NCBI GenBank assembly: GCA_951406725.2
Contig: OX597828.1
Span: forward strand, 4,960,001-5,024,000
Length of the DNA stretch: 64,000 nucleotides
Origin: Octopus vulgaris
Taxonomy: Eukaryota
Reading direction: 5' to 3'
Positions within the stretch are counted from its first letter, which is position 1. Every line of letters starts with the position of its first letter. A program made the translations under genes and the position numbers. Under the pieces are notes generated by a model. The model was not told the origin of the DNA. It did not search any database and saw only the letters and a list, made by a program, of their open reading frames with translations. Positions 27,624-42,479 of the stretch are shown here, one piece after another.

Positions 27624-27786
27624 TATACGATGGGCTTCTTTCAGTTTACATCTACCAAATCCCCTCACAAAGCTTTGTTCGGCCCGAGGCTACAGTAGGA
27701 AGCACTTGCCGAAGGTGTCACCCAGTGGGACTGAATACAGAGCAATATTGCTCGGAATCAAGCTTCTTATCACACAGCCACGCCTA
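27262..27786 (-). mobile_element. SINE family A
   Basis: Reverse-complement match to 10883-11341, with internal (TATC)n/(TA)n. Confidence 0.8.
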
Positions 27787-29019
27787 GGAAAATGAGTTGG
27801 AAACAGTCAGAAAAGCTAAGGAAGGCAACGGAATAAATTCGTACTAGTATAATCTCTATTAAATTGATGCAGTCAGCTCTATTTATTAATATGTTAACTG
27901 ATATATTTTATTATATACGGTAAACTGTGTCACTCCCATCCATGAAAATACAAAATATTTCTCTCAGTATCCAATTAAATATCCCCTGTTGAAAAGTATT
28001 ATCCTTTAAGGGAGGAGATTACAACTATTCTTAGATGTTAAATCCAGATAATCCGTCTTAAAGTAAACAATACTGTTAGTTTACGAAGATCCGGAATCAC
28101 CTCGTAGCATATTATAAATATAGATGCTCATTAAACTATATTGCTTCATTGAAGAGATTACGATATACGTTTGAGCTAATACTGCATATCCTGTCAGTTG
28201 ATATCTGCTATAACAATGCGCGAATATAAACAAACCTAGTGGCAACATAAGCTGTATCGTAATTGTGATGAAATTAAACTTATTGTGCTTGTATCTGTGA
28301 CAAGGTGGCCGCCAAATTTCCTTTTGTTATTAAGTTCCATTGTTTTAGTTTCTAGGCTGAGATCCCGCAGCGGTTCATTCTGCCTCTATTTGTTCCAGTG
28401 TTAAAAAGATAACAATGGTTATTAAGTACCGTTGCGACTATATATACTTTCACCCGCAAACAGCCAGAAAGAGGTTTCTTAGCAGATTCGTTAGAATATT
28501 GGACGAAATATTTTCCAGTAATGATTTAAGTCTATTTTTTGATACCAGTTGTTATAGATGTCCATGTTGCATTTCATCAATTGGACATCGATAAAATATA
28601 ATATCGGTCATATACAGAGGCTAATGAAATGAACTAAAATTGCCCCACTTCTCCAAATACCTGACTTTGTGCCTAAATCGGAAAAATTACATTATTGGTG
28701 CTGTTGCTTTTATTAGTGTTTTGGGTGTTGTTGTTGTTGGTGATGATTTTGTTTCTAATTCAGGCACTGTGTAGTCAATTTTGAAACAATGGCAATGGTT
28801 TATGTACGACTCCTGTACTTTACGGCTGCTTTATTTTATCGACGTGTCTAGGGATAAAATTCAAAGACGATTGACCTCGACGGGATTTTCATTCTGGACG
28901 CAAAGACCCGGAAGATACACAGCTTAACATTTTGTTCTGGATCGTATCAGGTCTGCCAATGTGCTGTAGAAAATGTAATAACTATTACCATTTTTATCTT
29001 TGAGTTACTTCCTTCCATC

Positions 29020-30690
29020 ACGTATCGTCGGTTTGGAAACCACAATGCTCAGATTAATCAAGCTAGACGATGTTTATCTGTGGTGTATGCATTTTTCCTA
29101 GTAGGGTTTTTTTAGTTCTCGTAAGGTAATGTTTTCCATTTCTTTTTCATTTTCTTTTATCTTAGTACTTTGATTACCGCTGTCTTGGTTTGTGTGGACA
29201 TGTCCCATCATCTCAATCGCTCAGTCTCTAGGTTTTATCTACAAACAATTATACTATGAATTTAATTGAGATGTCACGGTCTGCTGGTAATGTCATAGCA
29301 ATCAACATGCATGTTTTATTGCAGTCATTAATTATTATGTCCAGTTTCTTTGCTCTCATTTCTGTTTCTATCACAAGTGTTATGTCTCACAGGATAATAA
29401 AATTATCATTTTTAGCAGTTGTTTCTCGTTTGGGGACGATAAGGCCATTGATTTCTCTAAAGTTTCCAAGTATGCTACTCATTTTGCACGCGCATATTGT
29501 CCTGATGTTGTCCTTCCTTAAATTCGAAGACTCTTTTCTCTGATTTTCTGCGTAATCGAATATTTCACGTTTCTGCAGATCGAGAATACTTTGTTCCAGT
29601 CAAATATCTATCAGCACCTTAGTTGCTTGTTTAGGTGTTGTACTCAGAGCGAGCAGAATTTCCTACATGTACAATTTCAACACTTATGTTCATAGTCCCA
29701 TAATTTTTCTGCTAGGTCCTTATATTTTTTCAGTTTTCCCTCTTTCTATAATATCAACTGTATGCTTGTTATTTGTAAATTCACTGATTATGTATCAATT
29801 GCTTTCTGATTGCACGATTCATATCTTGTTTCTGTATTTAAATAGTAAGAGCACGCTCTACAAAGAAACCCCATGAAGTCCTATAATTGTTATTATTAAC
29901 CATGAGAGACATTTTCACTTTACTACCAATTTTTAGATCAGAACTACATAGACCTGGTTAGCATCACACTGCTTCCTTTCACCGACACAATTATGTATGG
30001 GTGTCTACTTTTATTGTGCTTAAATTATTGCTCTCGTGTAGAAGTCAGTAAATAATTTCATCGAATTTTCTAAACACATTTCATTTACTGTCTGAGTTTA
30101 TTAACTGTAGTCATCATACAACTCCTCCCAATGCCTTGTAACTAAACCGTTATAACGTGTATGTCTGTCTCTTGCTTCAAGATCCCATCACTCAGCTAAA
30201 AGGATTGCTCTTCGTTTCCACTCCCAGTGGCTCTTCCAGAATTTCGTCATTTAAGTTTTCTATGTCCATCTAATAGGCTTACTGATCTTTCCTTCCTTGT
30301 AATGCTTCACTTTCACAGAACATCGGTATTTGTAGCCACAGATAATAATCCTACCTCGCTATGCACACCTTATTGGCACATAGATCCTATCCATTTACTT
30401 TTAGTAGTACGGATTATTTAGTGCCAACAGCTTTCAAATTCGTTGAAACGTTTCCTGTAGCCCCGTCATTACCCATCATAATAAACAAAGAGCTGGTTAT
30501 GTCCTACGTATTTATTGCCGTGACCACGTACCTTCCATTAGATTTATTCCAAGCCCCTTCTTAAACTGTCCCTTGTATTCTTTGAAGATTTTCTTAGTTC
30601 CCTTTGCATCACTATATCAGTCTGCAGAACCTAAGTTTCTTGTATCATTCATTGTTTTCGTTTCAGTCATCTGATACTACCAAATTGACA
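29020..30690 (-). mobile_element. Highly degraded R4/Dong-type LINE
   Basis: Degenerate REL (KLDIII..CMLI..PADRDI) and RT motifs. Confidence 0.6.
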
Positions 30691-30762
30691 ATTTTATCTC
30701 ATATGATTAAATGATTTTGCACACTCTGTATAACTAATACGAAGCACGAATTTATACGAACC

Positions 30763-30807
<45 letters not shown>

Positions 30808-30821
30808 CATTATTATTATTA

Positions 30822-30888
<67 letters not shown>

Positions 30889-30917
30889 TATTATTATCAT
30901 TATTATTATTATTATTA

Positions 30918-30980
<63 letters not shown>
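30763..30980. repeat. (ATT/ATC)n microsatellite
   Basis: Read directly from the sequence. Confidence 0.95.
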
Positions 30981-30981
<1 letters not shown>

Positions 30982-31198
30982 GACGGTGTGCTAGCGGAAT
31001 CGTTTGAACGCCGGGCGAAATGTTTAAGCGGTGTTTCGTCTGCTGCTACCTTCTGAATTCAAATTCCGCCGAGGTCGAGTTTGCTTTTCATCCTTTCGGG
31101 GTCAATAAATTAAGCACCATTTGCGTACTAGGATCGATGTCTTTACTGGTCCCCTCCCCAGAAAATCCAGGCCTTGTGCCTATAGTAGAAAGGATTGT
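30981..31198 (+). mobile_element. SINE family B
   Basis: ..ttcaaattccgccgaggtcgagtttgcttttcatcctttcggggtc..gtagaaaggatt. Confidence 0.8.
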
Positions 31199-31962
31199 TA
31201 TTATTATTATTTGCACTACACCTCTGTAGTTTTATAGAAAACTGAATGCCCAAAGCTACATTTTGAGTGAAATGTTGATTTTAGTATTTTTGTCATAATA
31301 AGTGCATAATTGTTATGCATTGCGATCTAATATTAGTTTATATATGATGCATTTTGTATAATCTCTGAGCCTTAGGTTTACAATTGTCTCCATCAATAAT
31401 TCTGAGTATTATCCCAAGACAATTATTATTTTCTGAATTGTTTCTATGTTCAATAATCATATATAATTTAAATATTTATGGATTTCTATATTTCTATGTT
31501 TATAGCTCTCAAAGTTTTTCGGTCTTTCTCAGAGATACGCTGTCATTCATTGCATTTAATACGTCAATTATGAAAGTTTCTGTCGACATTTAAGAAGCAT
31601 CTAAATTTAGTTTAATATCTTCTCTATTGTATGTACTCGCATATCCTTCTGAATTGCTCAAATAAATTCGTTATTTATATTGTTCTCTATTCTATCTCTT
31701 TACCACTATAGTAACATGTTATCTTTGTTATGTAATCGTCAACTCAACTACCTTAGTTTCATGAAACTGATTATGAACTTACTTGATATTATCATAATAG
31801 TGCTCACTGAAGAACGACTGAGAATCTTGCAATAGTTATGTAAGACTGTTGAGCTTAGCCTTAGTGGTCGAAAACCTGTAGCAAACGGCAGCAACAACAG
31901 CGGTACCAGCAGCAGCAGCAACAGCAGCAGAGACAGCAACAGCAGCAGAGACAGCACCAGCG

Positions 31963-32023
<61 letters not shown>

Positions 32024-34684
32024 CAGTAGCAGTAGTAGTAGTAGTGTGAATGACATATTCTCTTTTATTTGGTTACCTCCATTTACTTCGTAACTTCGCA
32101 TTCAACTAACATAAGATTTTTGCTACTTAATTCATTACAATAGAAATATCGACTCAATCGATATTCGTCATTCTGAAACTTTATACTCGTGTATCTAAGT
32201 CAAATGTATGTGGTTTATTATTTTCGTTTTTGTCCTCTCGGTCGTTTTATTAACGTTAGTTATTGACCTTCATAAAACTATAATACTATTTAGACATAGA
32301 TCTTGAAATACATACTATAAAAGCAAAATTTGCATTTATATAGTTAGAAATAGTAAGTTGTTTATGTAAGGAAACGGCTTAGAGCATAAATTGTGAATGC
32401 GAAGGGTGGATTCCATCTATTTTATAAAGATCTAGTTAGATTTCCTTCACGTCCCTTGCTATTTGTTTTGTTTGCGCTCGTTTCTATAAAGTTATTCTTT
32501 TATTCTACAATACATTTCTATGTCAATGCTCACCTATTACACTAGTAATGCAAAAATATGAATAAACAAGAAGAATGTAAATAAACGAGTATAAATGTTT
32601 GTGTATTTATAATGACATTTTTTAGTAAATCCTAATTCTACGAAAGGGAATCTAAATTGGTTCACCTTTCTGTTTATCTTTTCTGCATTCCTAAAATGTA
32701 ACATATTTACATGTGTCAAATATTTACATATTTTAACAGCAGTACCGCAGCATCGCTGCAGCTCTCGAGCTGCAACTAGTGAAAGGCTATACACTAATAA
32801 GCATAATTATCTTAAATACAAGATTCTCTGATCTTTGTCCAACATCCTTGAAATAGCTACCAGATACCGCGTCTCAAAAAAGAAGACATAATGGTCAAAG
32901 TAAACTGTAATACAGTATACAAAGAATATGATGGAGTTATCATAACTGCAATGTTTTTTCAGCACACGTGTGTCCTCTAGGTAAAAGTTAACATGAGGTT
33001 AAAATATAGCAATAGTAATGATTATCTGTTTAATTGCTTAAGATCAATATCAATAGGCTGCTGAAATTGTGATGTTAATGAACCACCCAGTTTACTGTCT
33101 CGATGTCTATTACGTTTACATTCATAATGTACATAATACGCAGTAATGACGACGCATTTACTGCTGAACAATAAACTGTCAAACAGTTTACGATGGAAAT
33201 GGGAGATCTTTAGGAATTAGTATTGGTTATTTATTTACTCACATTTCATTGATAATTTTTTGAAGAAGATCTGCACATAAATAGCAACACATGCTCCTTA
33301 TAAGAAATGCTTCCGGGGAAATGCAAACACTTGAAATATTTCTCTTACAAAATGTCGCAGTATACTATGACACACATCAATTTATTACTATTAAATATAT
33401 ATCTTATTGTAATTATATTCTCTACATTCCAAGAAATCATAATCACAAATAACATGAGAACAAAAATGTATATACTTCTCCGGGGTACTTTTGTTATGTC
33501 TCATACGTAACTGCTCTTGGAATAACTCTAACATGGATGCACCGAATGAACTGCGTCATAATATTCACGGTAAATACGTGTTTCTTATACAGAAATACAA
33601 GCATATATGCTCATATGAATGTGTATGAGCCTAGGTCTGCATAGACATATATTAACAAAATAATCTTCGAAAGTCATCTCTTTAATTTAATTACATCCAG
33701 TAAATGGAACAAACATTCCTTGAGGCGAATGGATCCGTGTGATCAGAAATCACACCAATTATATATATTGCAGACTAGCTAAAGTTTCATTAAATATTAT
33801 GATAATATGAGATATTGTAGTACTAAGTGTATTAGATAAATTCCATCAAGATATTTGAGTGTGCATTACGTAATGTGTTGAGGATTTTATAAGATCAAAG
33901 GTTTGAATTATATACATTAACAAATGCCCCTGTATCCTTAATCAAATCGGAACGGTAAAAAAATATTAATAGTTTAGAAACAAAGAATATTAAAAATGAT
34001 TCCTGAGAAGACACAGTAATCAATATAAAATCTCATTTTCCTTTGAAACAAAGTAAAATTCATATACGTAGCTTTGAATAGCTAAGGAGATAGGCAAACT
34101 ACTGGAATTACAGTTACATTTTGTGTTGTTGATGATTTATGGGAATATAAAATCCATACAGTATATAGCTGGCGCGTTATTTAATCTGAAATCGAAAGAC
34201 AGAAAAACAGTTGACTTGACTAGGATTTCAAATCAGAAAGTAAACAATGTTTGTGTAACTTTATTTAATAACTAGATGGCATATTTCACCAGCGCCCTCT
34301 GCCATATTATCGGGTCGGTCAACAGGCTTTGCGTATAATTTAGTTAATCGAGGCCAGTTGTATATAACAGTGTCAATTGTTTCTCTCTTATACATATATG
34401 CATACATAGATTCATACATATTATATGTATAGATACATAGATGCATCTGTGGCAGGATTTCTCCTTTTTCTCTGATGAGTGGACTGGAGCAACGTCAAAT
34501 GAAATGCTTTGCTCAAGGACGTCGCTCTGCCCAGAAATCGAAACCAAAATCTTACGATCACATGTGCAGCATCCTAACCGCTAAGCTACGCGCCTCCATA
34601 TATCATATACTCACATACATATATACACACACGAACAAACACACACATATACACTTACACACGCATATATACATATTCATATAT

Positions 34685-34965
34685 AAATATAAAGAAAACA
34701 CAAATGGGAATTTAAATTTACAACAGCTGTTTCGATAAATTTTATTGATGCATACATATATTCCATCGTTTTCAGGTAGAATTTCAGACAGGTATCAAAA
34801 GGGTGATATGATATGATTGTATATCGATCGTGATGAATCGAAACAACATTGTTGGATAAGAGTTATCGTATATGATATGATGTAATCTAGGAATACATCA
34901 ATAAAATTAAACCGAATCAGCTATCGTAAAATTTGAACCTAATTTCTTCTCTCTTTTTATATCTA
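34685..34965. repeat. Degenerate foldback with HHR remnants on both arms
   Basis: tttacaacagctgtttcgataaattttattgatg is inverted as catcaataaaattaaaccgaatcagctatcgtaaa. The minus arm reads tac-CTGAAAA..GAAAC-AGCT-GTT-gta (34719-34778). Confidence 0.55.
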
Positions 34966-35169
34966 TACTACACCTAGGATGCATCTATGGTTTAAATTGT
35001 ATTTGGTTGTTACATATCTACAGTATCCTGCCAACACTTAATACCTTCAATAATTGTTTATACCTCTGTGAAATTTATGATTTTGTACCTAGCCATATTG
35101 ACACCCTATAAGTCTAGATTCTACTGAAGACTATAGCTAAATATATACACACACACGCACTCACATATG

Positions 35170-35211
<42 letters not shown>

Positions 35212-35213
<2 letters not shown>

Positions 35214-37682
35214 CGCAGGAGTGGCTGTGTGGTAAGTAGCTTGCTAACCCAGAATGCAACACTAGTTGGTCTGGACTGTTACAGTGAGAAGATGTGAGTT
35301 TCGGCTCCGCGAACAGAAAAAAAAGAACAAAAAGAAAAATTGTCAATTATGGCTAGCTATAACGAGCAAAATACTGGCTTCTCAGCACCGTAACGGTGAA
35401 TTGAGAATTTGTTTGAAAATTATTCTTGTGAATTCTAGTGGGCGTATCTCGTCAAGAAAAAAAAAGGAATAAGCCATTTGGATTACCTTTTTGGAGTATT
35501 ATACAAAGGATTCCCTGTCTGTGCTATTTGTGAGATTTTTCTTTTACTTTTCCCTTCTATTATTTCTTTCTTTCTAAAAATTTTTGGTTTATTCTTTTCA
35601 TTACTTTAATTTCAGTTTCCTTCCCTCTTCTTTATTTTGTTTTATTTTTATTCGGTTTAATTTTTTGGCAGACTGTATTTTGAACTACTTTTGAACTGTT
35701 CTTTGACATGGCAGACAAGGAACTTAACAAGAAAAACTCTGTCTTAGAGTCGGAAATTAACCCGCCTAAACAATGGTTAAAAGATATGGAAGAGAAGACG
35801 ATGGTACTTAGAACATATTCTAAAGTTCTTAATTCCATCACCGTCTTCCCAAAACAAGTCATAAAAAATGAACTTAAAGAACATTTGTCCTCTGTAAAAT
35901 ATATATCCCGTGGTGTCAAACATGCAACCGTATGGTTGCTGTTTGACAACGAGAAAAGGCCCGCCAGTTTGCGAGTCAGCCTTTAGAAGGCAAGGAAATC
36001 CTGTATCTCCCGTCATATTGTGGAAGAAAATTAATACGAGCCTGGATATGTGGGCTCCCCCCGGGCACTGAAGCGGATTGGATTGAAGATACCATCCGAC
36101 GGGGACTGGGAGATGGCGGGCCCAGGCTCTTAAATGTAAGAGTATTGCCGGCGGTCGATTGGGAAGGGTCAAAAGCGATGTTGACCCTGTGGACTCCATC
36201 GGCCGCAACAGAACTGGTTTTTCCAGATTTCTTGAAAATGGCTGGCTGCAGGTATCACGTGATACTTGTCGGACGTCCCCCAAAGTGTCACTCGTGCCTG
36301 CAGCCAGGCCATATTAAAAGGAACTGCTCCCAGGACCATGGTAAGGTCCTGGAACAGTCACCAGATGCCACCTCCCCTACCCGGTCAAAGGGAGAGGTGG
36401 ATGTGGTCGAGGAGGTTTCAGCCTTCTCAACTCAAAAGGGATTAAAAAGAAAGAAGGCGGGCAACAATAGTTGCCCGCCGAAGGAACCTAAGGCTTCGGG
36501 AGGCGGGGGAGAGTCTCCGGACAAAGCGGAAGGGCTCCACTCTCCCGAAGTCAGGAAGAAAAGAATAAAAAGAAAGAAGAAGAACGGGTCATCTCAGCAG
36601 GGAGATGATGTGCCGACTGCATGTCCCGAAGTTGTGCCACCCACGGTGGAAGAAACCACTCCCACCCTTAAAGATGATCAATTAATTATCTTTTTCTACA
36701 AGGGCGGGGAGGTAGAAAAATAGTAGAAGAACTTAAAGAAACAGTAGATATGCCCCTCACACGGGATCCCGAATGGCCTCCGCAGATAGCTGTGTAGGTC
36801 ATAAGGTTTCCCTTGTGGGAAAGGCTTAAAGGATTTGGGGAGGAGTGTCGCATATGGCCGGGTGGCCCTTATACGACTTACATGTCCTACATGAGTGAGG
36901 CATGGGAAATGGCGGGATGCAGGAACTCAATTGGCATTGAAGATAATGATGAATATATCGATGGATGTATCGAAGAGTAGGAGGTGAAGGCCCTCGTTAC
37001 AGAGTTTGAAACCTCACCATATTGGACTATTTTGTAGTGGTTTATAACCTCAATTTTGTGTTTTAAGAAAGAAAAAAGAAAATATGTTAAGTAAGAGGTT
37101 TTAGTGCCTCCTCCTTGTAAAAGGTTCAAAACCTTATATTGATTTTTTTAAAAAAAGAAAAGAAAATATGTTTTCGAGAAAAATCCAATCGGCGGGTGTT
37201 GGGTTTCGTCTCTCATTTATTCATTATAATTCATTTTCATTCATTAATGTGTTTGTCCAGCCCGTCTTTGTACCGTCTATATGACAAATTTATGAAATAA
37301 AGTAGCTTGCTAACCAGCCACATGGTTCCGGGTTCAGTTTCACTGCGTGGCACCTTGGGCAAGTGTCTTCTACTATAGCCTCAGGCCGACCAAAGCCTTG
37401 TGAGTGGATTTGGTAGACAGAAACTGAAAGAAGCCCGTTGTATATATGTATATATATATATGTGTGTGTGTTTGTGTGTCTGTGTTTGTTCCTACCCAAC
37501 ATCGCTTGACAACCGATGCTGGTGTGTTTATGTCCCTGTAACCTAGCGGTTCGGCAAAAAAGACCGATAGAATAAGTACGAGGCTTACAAAGAATATGTT
37601 CTGCGGTCGATTTGGTCGACTAAAGGCGGTACTCCAGCATGGCCGCAGTCAAATGACTGAAACGAGTAAAAGAGTAGAGAGT
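35212..37682 (+). mobile_element. SINE family A split by a 2.05-kb insertion
   Basis: Head at 35212-35249; body at 37300-37682. Confidence 0.85.
35250..37299 (+). mobile_element. ORF1-only Tx1/L1-like retroelement with 16-bp TSD
   Basis: TSD aagtagcttgctaacc at 35234-35249 and 37300-37315; broken gag-like ORF with CHSCLQPGHIKRNC (CX2CX4HX4C); AATAAA at the 3' junction; no RT motifs seen. Confidence 0.75.
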
Positions 37683-37687
37683 TAAAG

Positions 37688-37781
<94 letters not shown>

Positions 37782-38051
37782 GTGCGTGTGTGTGTGTGAA
37801 TATAAGTAGAGATAGAATGATAGAGGGGGAGAGATACAGAAAGAGATAGAGAAAGATACTGAATTACAAAGACAGAAGACACGTATAGGAGTATCGGATG
37901 GAGGTTAAAATTATATAATTCACAATAACAGCTAGAGTCCAAACTTTTGGGTGAAAAGTACACGACTGTCAACGAAAGTTATAATTACTATTGTATATAT
38001 ACACTTGCGTGCGCTAGTTTGCTTATATTGTATCTATCCATCTATCTATCC

Positions 38052-38089
<38 letters not shown>

Positions 38090-38090
38090 A

Positions 38091-38129
<39 letters not shown>

Positions 38130-38198
38130 TTATATATCTATTTATTTATTTCTCTCTGTCTCTCTGTCTCTGTCTCTCTGTATATATATACATATATA

Positions 38199-38245
<47 letters not shown>

Positions 38246-39071
38246 GTGTGTGTTCGCATAGCGACTAAAAGAATTTGTAAGTATTTCGATCGAATGGTCC
38301 CTTTTATTAACAATGTTTTGGTGGTGGTGCTTAACCTTAACAGATACGTCAGGTTCTGTTTTTCACCAAGTCGGCAACATATCACGAATCCTCTGGAAAA
38401 TATTCTTTTACGCATAGCCGTCTGCTCACAGGAATTCCAGTAGTCAGCATTAATGTAAATTTTATCATGCATAGACGTGCTCACAAAAGCTTGTGATTTG
38501 TTTCATAAGGCCATGGACACCGTAGTAAATGTTAGTTTGAGAAGTACTTAATTTGGTGATTTCAGTGAAGCTACTCTAAACTATAAATGGTATCAGTTAC
38601 TTTCAGGTTATTCTATTAGCAGTGTAAATAGGTTTAGCAATATCGGCTTCCAAGTGTGAATATAATGGCATGTTTTAATGTATCATGCTACGATAAAGAT
38701 TTAATGACTTGATCAGGAAAATTTAATAATTCCTATTGGTAAACTGTACCATCTTAGACTGCGTTAATAAATGGTTTCATATTACTACCCATTAAATTGA
38801 ATCGTGTGTGCCATTGGTTTTCCTTTATGGATTTCGAAATAGAAATACAGTTCTTGTTCTTGATTATTTTTTTTATTGGCTTCACTCACTGGTTGGCGTA
38901 TGTGCTGTGCTAATGACTTCAAAGGTTTTATCGCATCGTATAGAACTCAATGCCTTACTATAGTCTTGTATGTATGATATACACTTCTATTTTTTTAATC
39001 CTCACGTTATGCTGGTTTTACAAAAAAAAAAGGTTACAAGTGAAAACACTAGCTTGCAGCAGTAAACAACG

Positions 39072-39125
<54 letters not shown>

Positions 39126-39141
39126 ATATATATATATATAT

Positions 39142-39213
<72 letters not shown>

Positions 39214-39587
39214 GTAAACGTTCATGTACACACACATACACAATTACACAGATACACATATAAATATGCCATAAATTTCGTGACTGTTTTGTCCCAAAAT
39301 AAGTATTTTAAGAGAAAGTTCTCGTGCGATTTTTGAAAGGGAAATGTTGGTAATTCCAGTTGGAAAGTGTCAGTTATTGCTCTCATTCTAACGGCAAGAC
39401 AAATAATATTATCAGTGGTACGACTACTTTTTCTCATTAATTTAATACGTTTTATCAAAGCTTTTAGCTCCAACAAACCGAGAAAGATAAGTCATGAAGT
39501 CCTTTATATTTCTGTTCAAAACGCTAAAAATAGCTCCGAAATTACTTCAATATACATTCAACTATCATAGACAGGAAAGGAATATAT

Positions 39588-39667
39588 AGTCCTAGAGATA
39601 TAAAAGACAAGTTGGTAGTCCTAGAGATATAAAAGACAAGTTGGCAGTCCTAGAGATATAAAAGACA
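39588..39667. repeat. 29-bp tandem repeat, about 2.8 copies
   Basis: agtcctagagatataaaagacaagttgg(t/c). Confidence 0.9.
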
Positions 39668-40365
39668 TGTTTATTCATATGTTTGTGCAGTCAAGGGTGA
39701 CGTGGAGCTAACGAGATGTGACGCTTCATTTCAATACAAAGAAATTACATTTATCATCTGAAAAATGCAATAAAATTTAGTATACAATAAAATCAAATGT
39801 TATTCACAACATCAAGGAAACAAGAGAAATAGCAATGATACGACAATATCCATGACGACCCTGATGGGAAATTATGAAGCTAGAGCGAGTGAGCCTCTTC
39901 ATTCTTACTTGACTTGTAACACGTAGAAAACACATCAGCTTCATATCATTCTTGGTCATTAAAAAAAAAAAACCTGGGATGTGAGATTAATTAAGTTTGG
40001 ATAAACAATCAAAACATACACAGGATTCCGTGGTTGAAATAAATTTAATCCTTGGCATGTTCCATTGAAATTATTAGGAGTTATCAATAACCATAAAATC
40101 ATTAAATTCCATGCTTCTTTGAATCCTCAAATTTTCAGAAAACCTTATAAGAGTAATCTTTGCATATTGTGCACAATCGTGTCACGTTTGTCTGCCAAAG
40201 CTTGGGTTTCTTCGCATGTTTACTTCACAGCTCCGTGATGTTTTACCGTCCATCTTTCCTTCTATCTGCCTTTCTTTTCCTTTGTCCTCCCCAGAATTGA
40301 ATAATATTCTTTACAAGGCATTCTTTGTTAATATCAACCTTTAATTTCACTCCTGTTAGGAGGTC

Positions 40366-40398
<33 letters not shown>

Positions 40399-40399
40399 T

Positions 40400-40440
<41 letters not shown>

Positions 40441-41630
40441 AGAAATCAGCTATCGCGATACCTGGTGAGGTATGAGATACTTCAATATCAAAAACTTCCC
40501 TACGCATGCAATCAAACCACGTCGAAGATCCCACGACCCGTCAAGACTTGACGGCCCGAGGCTTAGCAAGTGATTCTATCTCCTGTCCTAGCATAATGCT
40601 TCTAAAATCACATTATCCATTATCTGCATGCACTAGAACTGTATACATTTGTTGGCCATTAAAATAATCACACGAGATTGTTCATTTACAAAGTCATGTG
40701 ATAGAAAAAAGGGGAACAAAGACAGAGAGAAAAGGAAAAGAAATAAAATATAAAAATATAAAATATAAAAGTAAACAAAGAAAATACAGGGCAAAAAAGG
40801 AAAGAAAATTCACAGTGACAACACTCTTCTCAATGCGTGTAACAATATTTTGCACCTCAAATTACTTGCAGTTTCTTTACTGATTATTTCAAGTCCTCCT
40901 ACAGTCATTGCTATTGTAACCGTCTTCAGATGCTATCTTTGCTCCAACTACTGTCGTCATCTATCCACCGATCTCTTTTGGTTTAGGTTTTCGCTTGAGT
41001 ATTGATATTAGGAGAGAGGTCTGCCTGTTCAGAGTTAACTTTTTAGCAGAGCACCGTCTCTGGTTGTATGCCATTTTTGTTTTCATATCTTGAACGCCTC
41101 AAGCTCAAAGATACAAAATCGCCTTTATTTGTTTTCGAAGTTCTATTTCTGAACATATCTGGTTTTTTTATCTGTATTTAAAATGAGACGTGTTACGTGT
41201 CTCTTTTAGCTCGTTTAAACACTGTATGTTCTACGTCGTATTGTCCCTGTACGAAATGCATGGGTGTCTGTGTGAGTCATATAAACATTACATTTATGTG
41301 TATTTGTGTAGAAATGAGACAGCATATACGATTATTATTTGTACTCACAGTATTTTTCTCTAGTGACATCGAATTCTCGCGTATTGTTTCAATTCTTGTA
41401 TTGGCAAATCTCGTGTCCGCGTGTTGTTGTTTACATTTTCACACACTTGTCCTTCTGTGGCAACGTGCATCACAGTAACTGTAAGAGAGAAATATTTCGG
41501 GCGTCCTGAAATGACTTACATTAAGAAACAGCTTTCTTTCATATTTTTGCTGCTTTTGAAATCTTGTTTGCCGATGATGACACATTTAATCCAACTTCGT
41601 ACGGAGCTTGCTCTTACATGCCCGTCATGC

Positions 41631-41676
<46 letters not shown>

Positions 41677-41687
41677 GTTGTTGTTGT

Positions 41688-42215
41688 TTTCTGGAGGACT
41701 TTCGGGCCGGGGTTACTGGACAATTTCCAGGAATCCCTGGTCTTTGGCTGGGAATGGCAGGCAGTTCTCCTCTAACAGAAAAAGGTAGTGTGGTGGACGA
41801 GTTTGAATGGGTGCAAGACAGATACCTTCCTCTTCGGCCAAACCCCCGTTAACTATTACAAGTTCCATTTAAAAAGGAAAATGAGTGGAGAGGGGGAAGT
41901 GCTGCTCCTCCGTATTTTTTTGTAGAGAGGTGCATAAATGTGATTAGGTTGATTTGTATGAATGGGTCAGTTCTGGACATACATCTTAGGTAATGAGGAG
42001 GAGAGATGAGCTTGTCTGGGGCGAACTTGGTGAGCAACCAGGATATGTGGGGTTCCTTGGTTGGCCCTGTGGGGGACATCCCGTCCCCACTTTGAATGTA
42101 CGTAGTGTTTAAATTTTGTTGATTTTGTTGTGTTTAAAAATTATACAGGTGTCTTTGTGCTAAGCTTGACTTGAGCCTTGTCTTGTATTGTCCTTTTTTG
42201 GTTTTGTGTTCGGCC
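41688..42215 (+). mobile_element. Probable 3' part of a Tx1-like ORF1 element
   Basis: GC-richer block starting tttctggaggac.tt.gg.ccg, shared with the minus strand at about 55445-55466. Confidence 0.4.
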
Positions 42216-42217
42216 AC

Positions 42218-42348
42218 AAGTCTCAACTGGTACTTATTTTATCAACTCCCGAAAGGATGAGAGGAAAGTCGACCTCGGTGGAATTTGAAGTCAGAACCTA
42301 ATGAAATACCGCTAAACATTTCGCCCGGCGTACTAACGATTCTGGACG
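42218..42348 (-). mobile_element. SINE family B fragment
   Basis: ccgaaaggatgagaggaaagtcgacctcggtggaatttgaa. Confidence 0.75.
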
Positions 42349-42479
42349 ACTGAAAGTTTTACGATAGCAACACAAGTAGTAAGAGAAAAGACGAGGAGAA
42401 GAGAAATAGAGAGAGATAGAGAGGGGATACAGAAGGAGTGAGAGAAAGAGAGAGAGGAAACGAGGGAGAGAGGAGCTAT

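Noticed and set aside
39588-39667. 29-bp repeats as a CRISPR-like array
   Set aside because: Head-to-tail with no spacers, in a eukaryotic context.
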